The notes: generated by a model not told the origin, from the letters alone. 64,000 nt of DNA from Candidatus Woesearchaeota archaeon (GCA_003599055.1 QZIM01000006.1:24615-88614), one strand, 5' to 3'. Shown: positions 1 to 9,669, numbered from the stretch's first letter. Translations and numbers: made by a program.

Positions 1-604
1 CCGCAAACGAAACATCCATCCCCTTCACGCTGTACGGGAGCTCGACATACTTTCCTACCGCCAACTTTTCAACTTTCGGACCACCCGGAAAGCCAAGACC
101 AATTTCACGCGCAAACTTATCCAGCATATTGCCAAGCCCGACATCCAAGGTCTCACCAAACACGCGATACCTCCCACCGGAAAGCCCAATCACCTGCGTG
201 TTCGGGCCTGAAACGTACAGATACATCGGGTCTTTTGCCCCGCAAATCAAGTCACCGATGGTCAAATGACAAATACTGTGATTCACGCCAACAAGAGCAA
301 TATCGTGCTCTTTTGCAAGCGCTGCCGCGAAATTCTTTCCGACAATCAAACACGGAGCAAGACCCGGCGCAGCTGAATAAGAAATAAGGGAAATATCCTT
401 CCACGAGACGTTGGCCTTTTCCAGCGCTTCCTTTAGCACCACTTCCTTTATCTCTTCGTGATGCCTTGCCACATCAGACGGAATCATCCCGCCCTCACTT
501 GTCGTGAACTGGCGCTTTGCGTTTGCGAGAATTTTCCCATCAAACGTTACAATTCCCACGCCAAACGTGTGCGCGGTTGATTCGATACCAAGACAGAATT
601 TCAT
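1..604 (-). CDS. kae1: tRNA N6-threonylcarbamoyladenosine transferase Kae1/TsaD (3'-truncated by window edge)
   Basis: Not in the ORF track. Manual translation from ATG at 604 gives MKFCLGIESTAHTFGVGIV...GGMIPSDVARHH...PGLAPCL...GVNHSICHL...YVSGPNTQ, the Kae1 motifs. ATGA overlap with the upstream stop. Confidence 0.95.
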   Translation of the reverse strand, partial: MKFCLGIESTAHTFGVGIVTFDGKILANAKRQFTTSEGGMIPSDVARHHEEIKEVVLKEALEKANVSWKDISLISYSAAPGLAPCLIVGKNFAAALAKEHDIALVGVNHSICHLTIGDLICGAKDPMYLYVSGPNTQVIGLSGGRYRVFGETLDVGLGNMLDKFAREIGLGFPGGPKVEKLAVGKYVELPYSVKGMDVSFA

Positions 605-1449
605 GCCTGATTCTTGCTCACCTTACTGCTCCAAAAAGACGGGAGCGGAACCGCAAGAAGCCCCTCGTATTCTGCGTCAAACACATAACAGTGCGCCTTT
701 CTTTGCGAAGAATCAACCTGGCTGATTGCCTTGTTTGCCGTCTGATAAAGGTCCTTCATCACGGAACGCTCCATCTTCTCCTGCAAAAGACTCCCTTCCT
801 TGAGCACAACCACGTCACAAAGGTTGAGCACGTTCTTATCAATCATACCCGTATTTTGGGTGATGAACAAAAGCGTGAGGTCCTTATGGCGCGCGATTGC
901 CAAAAGCCCCGCAAGGTCACGGTTCTCCTTTGCCATACTGTTTCGGCTGCCAAATGAAACCGCACCCTCGTCAACAAGAACAACACCGCCGTTCTTCACA
1001 TCTTCAAGACGCTCAATCGACTGAATCCACGCAGGCAGCATCCCCTGCTTTACGCCAAGCACAAAACACGGGCGCTTGGTCTTATCGTGCACGTTTTCCA
1101 TCAGGCGGAACCCGAGCACTGACTTGCCTGAACCTCTCCTGCCCGCAATTGCAACGATAAGACTCTCCTTGAGGAGGCGGTTTTCAAACGTTGTGAAGTC
1201 TCCTTTTACCGTGCTTGCGACCGCCGGCAACGCGTAGGTTGCGGGAGTTTTTGGCTGTTCACTCCTTATTTTTTGCTCTGCACGCGCACTTGAAACTGCC
1301 GACGCAGTCCTTGAAAAACCAGCAGAAATACCGCTGCCGATACCCCTGACAACCCACCAAACACCCTTGAATGTATAGACAACAGCCAGGCCGATTACAC
1401 GGCCAACGCCAATGCAACATTTTGCGAGAAAAGATTTACGGCGAGCCAT
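601..1449 (-). CDS. Membrane-anchored P-loop ATPase, Zot/pI-like (FtsK-HerA superfamily)
   Basis: Walker A GRRGSGKS, Walker B VVLVDEG, then SR...ARHK...FITQ...ID pattern typical of Zot-like ATPases; N-terminal hydrophobic segment; start at 1449 chosen from AAGGT RBS. Confidence 0.7.
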   Translation of the reverse strand: MARRKSFLAKCCIGVGRVIGLAVVYTFKGVWWVVRGIGSGISAGFSRTASAVSSARAEQKIRSEQPKTPATYALPAVASTVKGDFTTFENRLLKESLIVAIAGRRGSGKSVLGFRLMENVHDKTKRPCFVLGVKQGMLPAWIQSIERLEDVKNGGVVLVDEGAVSFGSRNSMAKENRDLAGLLAIARHKDLTLLFITQNTGMIDKNVLNLCDVVVLKEGSLLQEKMERSVMKDLYQTANKAISQVDSSQRKAHCYVFDAEYEGLLAVPLPSFWSSKVSKNQA

Positions 1450-1456
1450 AATTACC

Positions 1457-2251
1457 TTAGTCATATGCCCCGCGCCTAAACTCACGGGCGGCAATAATAT
1501 ACTTTCCCCCCTGCTCAACCGGACAATTGGGATGCTCACTAGGAGGATTGCACCAATTCCACGTCAATTCAGCAGTGACCGAAGATAAGTCATCAAGCGT
1601 CCGGTCAAGAACCAACACGGCTGCCTCCTCATAAATTCCAGTCAGAAAATGCAACAGATGCTTCTCAAATGCACGTGCACCCATCTCTTCAGGAGCCTCC
1701 CCTTCGGGCCGAGTTGTCAGCCGTATATAGACCGGGACCACACCTTCAACAGTGTCGTCAGTCAACGGATTCTGCACGTTTAAGAAGTAGTCCAGACTTT
1801 TTCGCATTGCGTACGGAGTGCACAACCTGTCCTCAACCGCAGACTGCAATTCCTCAATACGGTCCTCAAACACAGAACGAGCGGCATCGTGCTCATCCCC
1901 TTCAGGAAACAAATCGGTAAGTGCAAGAAGGTTCGGCCAAGCATCCAACGACTCGCTTCGGTCTGCAATTCGAACAAACCGACCGTCTTTGATATAGCCA
2001 TACACCATTGAATGTCCCTGATCCTCATTGTCGCACATCTCGCCCACAACCGCAGCAACCCTCTTGGGCAAACGGCCATACAAACTCGGCGTCTTATTTT
2101 GAGCTTTCGCCATCGCTAATTTTGTTAAGCCTTCTTTATCAGACACATTAAATATATTGATTTCCGGACACTCATCCGGATACTGTTCAAGAGCATCCTC
2201 AAGATTTATCATACGCAAACCACGCTCCTCATGCTTGTTTTCTTCCCTCAT
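1457..2251 (-). CDS. Hypothetical acidic protein
   Basis: 264-aa ORF filling the space between co-oriented genes; no motif recognised. Confidence 0.7.
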   Translation of the reverse strand: MREENKHEERGLRMINLEDALEQYPDECPEINIFNVSDKEGLTKLAMAKAQNKTPSLYGRLPKRVAAVVGEMCDNEDQGHSMVYGYIKDGRFVRIADRSESLDAWPNLLALTDLFPEGDEHDAARSVFEDRIEELQSAVEDRLCTPYAMRKSLDYFLNVQNPLTDDTVEGVVPVYIRLTTRPEGEAPEEMGARAFEKHLLHFLTGIYEEAAVLVLDRTLDDLSSVTAELTWNWCNPPSEHPNCPVEQGGKYIIAAREFRRGAYD

Positions 2252-2300
2252 AAAGGGCTTTTCGGAAGAAGACAGTTAAAAATGTTTCCCTTAAGAGTGA

Positions 2301-4454
2301 CTATTTTTTGCTCACTGCCGATTCCAAAACCTGCTCAAATTCCCTGAGCTTCGGGCAATTGCTGAGCTTGTCCAATGCGGCAGAAACGGCCTTTGCGTCA
2401 AAAGTCTTTCTCCGGCCCACCTTTGCATTAATGAGCGCAACAAGCCCCTCTTCGAAATCAGAATCAATATCGCCGCACAGCGGAGCCAACGCTTTTAGAA
2501 TCTTGTCCATCTTCGGCGCAAGTTCGTCCGACTTGCCCAACTTCATAAGCGCAGTTGCCTTTCCAAAATAAGACTTGTCGCCTTGGCACAACTTCTTTCT
2601 GGAATCACGAATAAGCTTAATACACTTTTTCAGACCTTCTTTCTTTGCATCCTGCGCCAAATTTGCATCCCGCAAAAGACCTCTTGCATTTACCACCTGC
2701 GCGGCAATTTTAAGAACCAGCTCGTGCATTCCCGCAGAATCAACAATACCGATACCTACCGCACCCGCATAAACGCCCTTCTGCCGCTTCACCACTGCAT
2801 TTGTGCGCTCGCGCGCCTTCTTCTCAACCTTCTCGTATTCAACAACCTTGCCCTGCGCGCCCTTGAGCAGCTCTTCGAGCCTTGCCAAATCAACCGAGCA
2901 ACCTTCAAGCTTGCCCGACTCTTCCAAAATCCAGCGAACAGTCAATTCAACGCCGCGATGGACTTCCTGCAAAACCTCGCCGCGGCGCGCGCCAGCCTCG
3001 CCAAGCTGACCCAAGAGTTCTGACACGCGCTTTACCTGCGCATCAAGACCAGCAATACCCTCACCACCCTTGAGCTCATCGAGCTTTCTCGCGTGCTCCC
3101 GCATCTCATCAAGCATACCCGCAATACCAAGCACAATACCCTGCATCTGCTCGCGCATCGGCTCAAGGTCATTATTAATCGACGCTGCAAGAACATCGAG
3201 CTCTTCCTGAATTTCCGTTTTGAGTGCTGCCTGAATCGCCGCTGACTGCGCCTCAACCGCCTGCCTGATACGCTCATCACGCTCACGCATTTCCGTAATT
3301 GACGCCGTAATCAGCGACCCTTGCGCATTCACCCTTTCAAGAATAGGCCTTAACTTTTGGTCATCGAGTGTCTTGAGCTCCGCAAGAACACCCTGCACTT
3401 CCGCAGAAGTTGCCGACTTCGTTAACCGTGACTCAACATTCTTCAAGTGCGCATTCACCGCGGCAAAACGGGCAACATTTGCAACGGTACCATCCGCGAG
3501 CGCCTGATTAACCGCCGCAAGTTCAGTTTTGAGTGAAGACATTCCGTCCGAAACATCCCTCTTAATTCCTGCACTAAGCGCGGTTAGCCCGTCAACTTTT
3601 GTACTAACCCTGTCAATATCGCGCAACACCAGAGGAAATTGCCTTGTGCACTCATCACGAAGTTGTTCCGTGAGCACGTTGCCCGCCTTCACTTCTGCAA
3701 TGACCGCCGCCTGCACTGCGTCCAAATCCGCCTTCACCGCGGCAGCAACTTTTGCCGGAGATTCAGTGAAACCTTTCTCTATTTCGGTTCGCACGGCATC
3801 CTGCGCGGTCTTGAGGTCAAGAATAGAATCTTCCACTGCCTTTTGGCGGGTGCCGAGGTCCTTCACTTCAGTTGTGAGATTTGAGAATTCACCGGTGATT
3901 CGCGCAGTCTCCGTTAACACCGGCCGCACTTCATTTGTCACAAAATTCTGAAAGTTCGGCCATTCACTTGTACGCCATCGCTCGAGCTCAGCAGTTCTTG
4001 CGCTTATTTGCTGAACACTTGCGCCGATTGGATTGATGAGGTTTTCCATCGCCGTCCTAAACTGGTCAAGCATCCTGCCCCACTGCCGAATACCCTGTAA
4101 CATCCGCGCAAGCGCGGTGCGCAAATTACTGATTTCCGCACGGGCGTGATTCACATCCGTATGCACGTGCTGCACTGCCTGATCGAGCCTGTCAAAACGC
4201 TGTTCGATTTGCTGAATTGCAGCAGCGCTCGCCGCCGCGGGAGCCGCGCCGCCCCTGAAATGACGAGCAATCCAAACCATTCCCGCAAGGAAAAGGCCGA
4301 TAAATGCAAGCGAGAAGAGCGATAGAATGATTTCATCAAGCGCGCCGCGCGTTTGAGTCCCCATACTGCGCATCCCGAGCGCAAACATAAGACCGACGAT
4401 TATTGCAATAGGAACAGTAATGTGCAAAAACTGGCGAGGAGGCCTTGGTGTCAT
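2301..4454 (-). CDS. Membrane-anchored long coiled-coil protein
   Basis: 717 aa; two N-terminal hydrophobic helices followed by long heptad-like helical sequence; 4-nt overlap with upstream gene. Confidence 0.8.
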   Translation of the reverse strand: MTPRPPRQFLHITVPIAIIVGLMFALGMRSMGTQTRGALDEIILSLFSLAFIGLFLAGMVWIARHFRGGAAPAAASAAAIQQIEQRFDRLDQAVQHVHTDVNHARAEISNLRTALARMLQGIRQWGRMLDQFRTAMENLINPIGASVQQISARTAELERWRTSEWPNFQNFVTNEVRPVLTETARITGEFSNLTTEVKDLGTRQKAVEDSILDLKTAQDAVRTEIEKGFTESPAKVAAAVKADLDAVQAAVIAEVKAGNVLTEQLRDECTRQFPLVLRDIDRVSTKVDGLTALSAGIKRDVSDGMSSLKTELAAVNQALADGTVANVARFAAVNAHLKNVESRLTKSATSAEVQGVLAELKTLDDQKLRPILERVNAQGSLITASITEMRERDERIRQAVEAQSAAIQAALKTEIQEELDVLAASINNDLEPMREQMQGIVLGIAGMLDEMREHARKLDELKGGEGIAGLDAQVKRVSELLGQLGEAGARRGEVLQEVHRGVELTVRWILEESGKLEGCSVDLARLEELLKGAQGKVVEYEKVEKKARERTNAVVKRQKGVYAGAVGIGIVDSAGMHELVLKIAAQVVNARGLLRDANLAQDAKKEGLKKCIKLIRDSRKKLCQGDKSYFGKATALMKLGKSDELAPKMDKILKALAPLCGDIDSDFEEGLVALINAKVGRRKTFDAKAVSAALDKLSNCPKLREFEQVLESAVSKK

Positions 4455-4810
4455 GGACTAAAATGCGCCTCCACATATTTGTCAATGAACGACCACGTCA
4501 AAAGCCCGACCCAAGCGCCGATAAAGAGCGGCAAAACCCAGCCCCCCATCAACTCGCGAATCGGCCACTGGCGGGCAACCAAGATTGCGATTGCAAGACC
4601 GAAAAGCTGCCCGACACGCTCATCATACGTTTTTCTTGGCGCAGTAGCCCCTGCCGCGTGCGTTCCCCCGCCGAACATATTGGCCTTTTTTGCCGCAGCG
4701 CCAAAGAGCGGAATGAACACGATAGCATAGATGAAAAGCCCGTTCATAAAGTCAAGAAGTACGCCGAAGGCGAGTTCACTAATACGAGTCCACGAGCTTG
4801 GAAGTGCCAT
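4451..4810 (-). CDS. Small membrane protein
   Basis: Three hydrophobic segments; RBS-like AGAGGA upstream; coupled to the coiled-coil gene. Confidence 0.7.
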   Translation of the reverse strand: MALPSSWTRISELAFGVLLDFMNGLFIYAIVFIPLFGAAAKKANMFGGGTHAAGATAPRKTYDERVGQLFGLAIAILVARQWPIRELMGGWVLPLFIGAWVGLLTWSFIDKYVEAHFSP

Positions 4811-4877
4811 AATCCTCTTTTCCTGATAATCAGAGATTGGCTCTTTTTAAATAGGTTTCGGCAGTCGTCCGACGGGA

Positions 4878-4896
4878 AGCGAAAAGCTTAAATATT
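4878..4896 (+). promoter_or_regulatory. BRE/TATA promoter, copy 1
   Basis: AGCGAAAAGCTTAAATATT; TTAAAT begins 30 nt before ATG 4918; 18/19 identical to 5436-5454. Confidence 0.65.
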
Positions 4897-4917
4897 AACC
4901 ATTGTTAAGTGGTAACT

Positions 4918-5421
4918 ATGCCTCCAGCAACACCCCCTCCCGCACCAGGACCAGGTCCCGCGCCAGCAGCACCCGCAGCAGGCGGAACTTCCCCCTCACC
5001 CTCAGGAATCACCCTTGGCAAAGTCGTCGGCATCCTAGCCGGCGCAACAGTTGCCCTTGGAATGATGAGCGCAGCATCCCCGCAAGGACCCCTTTATCGC
5101 GGACCTGCAAGCGAAAGCGCACGCGAAGCATACCGACATAACGACGGAGCATACCGCGTGCGCGAAGAAAACGGCACCTATGTTCTTGAAGTGACCCTTG
5201 GCAACAGAACACGCACCTTTGAAATCAGCGAGCGAAACTACAACCGCCTCGAAGGCAACCTCTTCGAATACCAGGGACGAACAGGAATCACCCTCACCGA
5301 AGGCGACCTTGCGCACGCCATCAGCTTGCTTGACACCGACCACAACAGAACCATCAGCGACCGAGAACTTGACCCGATTCGCAACGTGCTTTATGAAGTC
5401 ACGCACCGGCGCCAAGACTGA
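4918..5421 (+). CDS. Membrane/secreted protein with EF-hand-like loop (paralog A)
   Basis: Pro/Ala-rich N-terminus, hydrophobic helix, C-terminal DTDHNRTISDRE loop; similar to the next ORF. Confidence 0.7.
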   Translation: MPPATPPPAPGPGPAPAAPAAGGTSPSPSGITLGKVVGILAGATVALGMMSAASPQGPLYRGPASESAREAYRHNDGAYRVREENGTYVLEVTLGNRTRTFEISERNYNRLEGNLFEYQGRTGITLTEGDLAHAISLLDTDHNRTISDRELDPIRNVLYEVTHRRQD

Positions 5422-5435
5422 ATTTTTGATTCTTG

Positions 5436-5474
5436 AGCGAAACGCTTAAATATTGGAACTACTGAACAGTAGTT
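5436..5474 (+). promoter_or_regulatory. BRE/TATA promoter, copy 2, with palindromic operator candidate
   Basis: AGCGAAACGCTTAAATATT followed by perfect inverted repeat AACTACTG-AA-CAGTAGTT (5457-5474) directly before the ATG. Confidence 0.65.
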
Positions 5475-5822
5475 ATGGTCAACGTTTTCCACTATCTCAA
5501 AGCCACTGCCGCCAGCATCGCCTGCGCAACACTTCTTGGCTGCGGCGACCCGAAACAATACGAAACAAAGACCGGAACTGACACGACCACCATTACGACC
5601 CGCTCAGGCAGCATTGAACAAAACTACGAAATGACCCCTGAGACACACTCCAGATTCCAACGCATGGTTGCAGACTACCAGGTCCGCAAAGGAGTCCGCA
5701 TCAGCGAAAGACAGCTCGCAAACGCAGTCGTTCGCCTTGACGCAGACTTTAACGGAACCGTCAGCCCGCAAGAAGCAGCACAGACAAACCTTGAGCGCGT
5801 CCTTGACGAAGTCACCCGATAA
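5475..5822 (+). CDS. Lipoprotein-like protein with EF-hand-like loop (paralog B)
   Basis: Signal peptide ending LLGC; DADFNGTVSPQE loop. Confidence 0.7.
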   Translation: MVNVFHYLKATAASIACATLLGCGDPKQYETKTGTDTTTITTRSGSIEQNYEMTPETHSRFQRMVADYQVRKGVRISERQLANAVVRLDADFNGTVSPQEAAQTNLERVLDEVTR

Positions 5823-6474
5823 GAATTCGGCGCGCCTCAAACATATGATACGCGGCAAACTTCTCCTTCCCAAGCCGCTCGTACATATCGCCTAACGCAA
5901 CGTGCGCCTTTCTCAACAGGCGCGCATCAGCAGGATTTGCCGCAACCAACTTTAACATATGCGCGGCAAGCGCATCCGCATACTTCTTTTGTTTTATGCG
6001 ATAAAGAGTCGGAACCCATACTGCCGCCACTTTGAGGCGCAATTCTTTTTCACCCGCCCGCGCAAACATTGACTTTTTCATCGCCGCACCCGCATACTGC
6101 GCGCCAGGAAGCCGCCAATACCACGGCAGTGTTGCAAGATAGGCCTTTTCAAGAAACTCGTGCGCCTGAACATTCGCGCCTGATGCAGCCATCCGCTTCC
6201 CATACTCAAACCACTGCGCAGCATACGAGGCGTCTTCCTTTACCGGTCCAAGCACGTTCACTAATGAGTCCATCTCGCGATAGCGCGCACCGATTTTGCG
6301 TAGCGATGCATAAATTACGTCACCCCCTGCAGGCGGAAATTCCCGCAGCGTTCCATTCTCAAACGCCTCAACATCCCTTGCCACCTGCTGCAAACGCGCC
6401 TCCAAATCAAGCGCGCGCTCAAGATTTTTCCGCGCGACATCACGCGCTGCCTGCAATTCAACTGCTTCGTCCAT
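5812..6474 (-). CDS. Helical-repeat (TPR-like) hypothetical protein
   Basis: TPR-like segments such as AHVALGDMYERLGKEKFAAYHMFEA. Confidence 0.65.
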   Translation of the reverse strand: MDEAVELQAARDVARKNLERALDLEARLQQVARDVEAFENGTLREFPPAGGDVIYASLRKIGARYREMDSLVNVLGPVKEDASYAAQWFEYGKRMAASGANVQAHEFLEKAYLATLPWYWRLPGAQYAGAAMKKSMFARAGEKELRLKVAAVWVPTLYRIKQKKYADALAAHMLKLVAANPADARLLRKAHVALGDMYERLGKEKFAAYHMFEARRILIG

Positions 6475-6604
6475 ACTCCCACTTGGTCACGCGTGCCTTT
6501 TCAAACCTTTCGCACCAAAACCAAGAAAGATTCCGATGATAGTCGAAAACCTTCCCGAAAATTCAGCGCAAGCTATGTAAAGCAAAAAAAGCACACTCGA
6601 ACCC

Positions 6605-7477
6605 ATGAAACACCCCTACGAACACACCACCATTGCAGGATACACCAACCTCACCCTCATCGCACGCGCGCCAAGCGTGAACGGCCACCTCCTTTGCGGA
6701 ACGAACAACCTTGGCGCCCGGCGCGCAATAAAAATAGGAGCGAGCGGAGCCGAAGACAAAATCACGCACGAAGCACGAACACTTGCCGCACTCAACCACC
6801 CGCACATCACCCCCTACATTGCACACGGAACCCACCACGACTCGCCGTACTTTATCACGGCAGCTCACGGACAAAGCCTTGCCGAACGAACAAAAACGCA
6901 ACCCCTCTACCCGCAGGAAACGCTCCGCATCGCGCGCCACATCCTTTCCGCCCTTGACCACGCACACACCCACGGCATCATCCACTGCGACATCAAGCCC
7001 GCACACATCCTCGAAACCAACACCACCCACGCCCTTTGCGACTTTGGCAACGCAAACACCCCTTGCGACCTTGAACACAGCCTTGCCTCTGACAACCCCT
7101 TCCTTGGCAGCGCACCCTATATGAGCCCTGCCCAACAACGCGGCGAAAAACCAATCCCAAAATTCGACCTCCACGCACTCGGTACCACGCTCTACTCCGC
7201 ACTTACCCGCGCCATTCCCGCCCACCCGTACCAAAAACCCTGCGCACACGAGCCGCTTGCAAAACTTATTGACCGCCTCATCCACGAACACGGATACACC
7301 CACGCACGAGAAGCACTTGACGACCTTGCAAAACTCGACCGCCTGCAGGAAAAAGCGCTTGCGGAAGAAAACACCCTGCTTCGCGAGCGCATCACCAAGA
7401 CATCAAAAGAAACTGCAATACACTGGATTGGCTATGCTGCAGCAGGAGCTGCCGCGCTCACCCATCTCCTTCGCTAA
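6605..7477 (+). CDS. Hanks-type Ser/Thr protein kinase (degenerate motifs)
   Basis: AIK lysine, EARTLAALNHPHI, IHCDIKPAHIL, DFG, GSAPYMSP, FDLHALG; C-terminal hydrophobic tail. Confidence 0.85.
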   Translation: MKHPYEHTTIAGYTNLTLIARAPSVNGHLLCGTNNLGARRAIKIGASGAEDKITHEARTLAALNHPHITPYIAHGTHHDSPYFITAAHGQSLAERTKTQPLYPQETLRIARHILSALDHAHTHGIIHCDIKPAHILETNTTHALCDFGNANTPCDLEHSLASDNPFLGSAPYMSPAQQRGEKPIPKFDLHALGTTLYSALTRAIPAHPYQKPCAHEPLAKLIDRLIHEHGYTHAREALDDLAKLDRLQEKALAEENTLLRERITKTSKETAIHWIGYAAAGAAALTHLLR

Positions 7478-7680
7478 ACATCCTGCTTTTGCAAGCCCGC
7501 AACGATAAGAACCGCAATCGCAAGAAGCGCAGCCATAACGCTAAGAACAGTCCCGTTCGTTACCGGCACATTCGCGCCCGATGCCTGACCGGTAAGACCC
7601 CCGCCAAGAAGACCCACCCCAAGAACTGCCGCAAACACAAGAACAATAATCCAAACACCAGCACCTTTCATTCGCGTCAC
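7474..7680 (-). CDS. Small two-helix membrane protein
   Basis: Two hydrophobic helices separated by a LTGQA linker; TATA-like sequence upstream. Confidence 0.6.
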   Translation of the reverse strand: MTRMKGAGVWIIVLVFAAVLGVGLLGGGLTGQASGANVPVTNGTVLSVMAALLAIAVLIVAGLQKQDV

Positions 7681-7760
7681 CTTTTTCTTCCCTGAACATT
7701 CAGCATTATAAAATAATTGCTATCCAAAACTATATAAAGCCACGTGCTTTCGACAACACC

Positions 7761-8480
7761 ATGCCAAAAGAGGGAAACCGCAGCACACTTAAGAAAAAAA
7801 TAAAAGCAAAAACCGTCATCGTCGGATTCCCAGGATTCGGCCTTGTCAGCACCATTGCCACCGGATTTCTCATCGACCACCTCAAATGCGAACAAATCGG
7901 CAAACACTGGTTTGAAGAAGGAGTCCCCACCCTTGCAATCCACAACTGCACCCTCGTCGACCCCATCGGAATCTATTACAACAAAAAACACGACGTCGTC
8001 ATCATCCACAGCATCGCACCCGTCCACGGGCTCGAATGGAAAACCGCAGACTTAGTCCTTGACATCGCACGACAGGTCGGCGCAGGAGAAATACTGACCA
8101 CCGAAGGCGTCGGCAGCCAAGCACCCGAAACCCGCGGGTTCTTCTACACCTCAAACCCCACCCACCGCAAAAACTTTGAAAAAATCGGCATCGAATGCCT
8201 CGGTGAAGGAATCGTCGTCGGCATCAGCTCCGCACTCCTGATGAAAGCAGAAGACACCGACGTGTGCTGCCTCTTTGCCGAAACACACTCCCAACTCCCC
8301 GACAGCAAGGCCGCAGCGAAAATCATCGAAATGCTCGACCAATATCTCGGACTCGACGTTGACTACGAACCCCTTCTGAAACAGGCAGCAGCATTTGAAA
8401 CCAAACTGCGCGGCATCATCGACCAGGCAAGCAAAGCCAAAGAAGAAAAGGACAAGAAACAGATAAGTTATGTCGGCTGA
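7761..8480 (+). CDS. PAC2-family proteasome assembly chaperone
   Basis: IVGFPGFGLVSTIATGFLIDHL N-terminus and PDSKAAA...LL..A..FE C-terminus typical of PAC2/COG1938. Confidence 0.85.
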   Translation: MPKEGNRSTLKKKIKAKTVIVGFPGFGLVSTIATGFLIDHLKCEQIGKHWFEEGVPTLAIHNCTLVDPIGIYYNKKHDVVIIHSIAPVHGLEWKTADLVLDIARQVGAGEILTTEGVGSQAPETRGFFYTSNPTHRKNFEKIGIECLGEGIVVGISSALLMKAEDTDVCCLFAETHSQLPDSKAAAKIIEMLDQYLGLDVDYEPLLKQAAAFETKLRGIIDQASKAKEEKDKKQISYVG

Positions 8481-8529
8481 TTATCCCAATCCAGTCACCA
8501 ATTCATTATTTGAAGCGTAAAAGGAAATC

Positions 8530-9138
8530 CTATCGTACCCACACCGGATAGCTCATCTGCGGAATTGGCCGAGCGCAGCCGCCAAGGCGCGCGCCGATGA
8601 GCCGCACGGAAGAACCCGTATATTCCTCGCCTGCACGCACACAGCACTGGCTTGCCGTCTCGTACACGTCGCAATACCCCGTGAATGTTTGGGCAACACC
8701 CTGATAGAAGCCGGACGTGGAATGCTTCCATTCCTGAACGGAACAGCACGCGTCATAGCGCTGGCCGCGCGGCACCTGCGCAGGATATTCCACTTTTGGC
8801 CTGTCACGACTGCAATAGCCCTCCACCGCACCAACAAGGCGCACCGGATACTTTGAACGCATACCGCCATCACGCAAACAACAGGACTCCTTTAACTCAT
8901 TACCCGCACAGGCAACACTTCTCGTCGCAGTAACACCCTGGAACAGCCCGGTTGAGCCCGTGCGCCACTCCTGAGTACTGCAGCACGCAACATACGAGTC
9001 CGCAAACGCGTTCCCCGTTATATTGTTCGCCAATTTGGCCTGCCAGCCAAGGAAAAGAAGACCTCCAACTGACAAGATTGCAATCATCAGCACAACAACC
9101 GGCCGCACGTGGTGCGGCTGCTCTGCAAGTTCAGGCAT
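8530..9138 (-). CDS. Membrane-anchored Cys-rich protein with two tandem repeats
   Basis: N-terminal TM helix + ITGNA; two ~75-aa repeats each CC-C-CC-C. Confidence 0.8.
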   Translation of the reverse strand: MPELAEQPHHVRPVVVLMIAILSVGGLLFLGWQAKLANNITGNAFADSYVACCSTQEWRTGSTGLFQGVTATRSVACAGNELKESCCLRDGGMRSKYPVRLVGAVEGYCSRDRPKVEYPAQVPRGQRYDACCSVQEWKHSTSGFYQGVAQTFTGYCDVYETASQCCVRAGEEYTGSSVRLIGARLGGCARPIPQMSYPVWVR

Positions 9139-9235
9139 AAGAACTGCACAAGAGACCCTCTTTAAAAGGATTTATCACTACAGAACGTGAGTGACTGTTC
9201 TTCGACGAGAGAAAAGTCAAAAAACGCGTTCGTTT

Positions 9236-9667
9236 TGGGCACCAGAAAACAGAAGTCTCACTTTTCAGCACATCCAGATAAAATGAAAGCGAATACCGTT
9301 CTATGAACCCGTACACGCAAAAACACATAGTGCCTACATTTGACTGCTGCCGCCCATCAGCCCCCCACTCACAAGCACCACACAAACCACAGAACCCTCA
9401 CTTCTCCTGAAGCAAAAATGCAACAACTCCCCCCGTCCATCAAAAAAAAAACCGCGCCGCCCGTTTCTAAACAAAACCTGTTTGCACCACACGATGCTCA
9501 AGAAAACCGAGCACCACACCACTCCTCCCAAACACTCACAAAACGCACACGGAAAACCCACTGCAAAATAGGCACCAGAAAATATCCAAGTGCGTCGCCA
9601 ATAACCCCGGAAAAACACCTCTGATTTAACGCTCACTTTTCACGAACAAAAATTAACCAAAAGTGAG
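9236..9667. repeat. Left cluster of AAAAGTGAG and T(A/G)GGCAC boxes
   Basis: CTCACTTTT at 9257 and 9632, AAAAGTGAG at 9659; GGCACCAGAAAA at 9238 and 9571; TAGTGCCTA at 9328. Confidence 0.7.
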
Positions 9668-9669
9668 AC

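Noticed and set aside
601..5822. Integrated filamentous provirus
   Set aside because: No replication initiator, integrase or att repeats; host-like composition; ATPase coupled to kae1.
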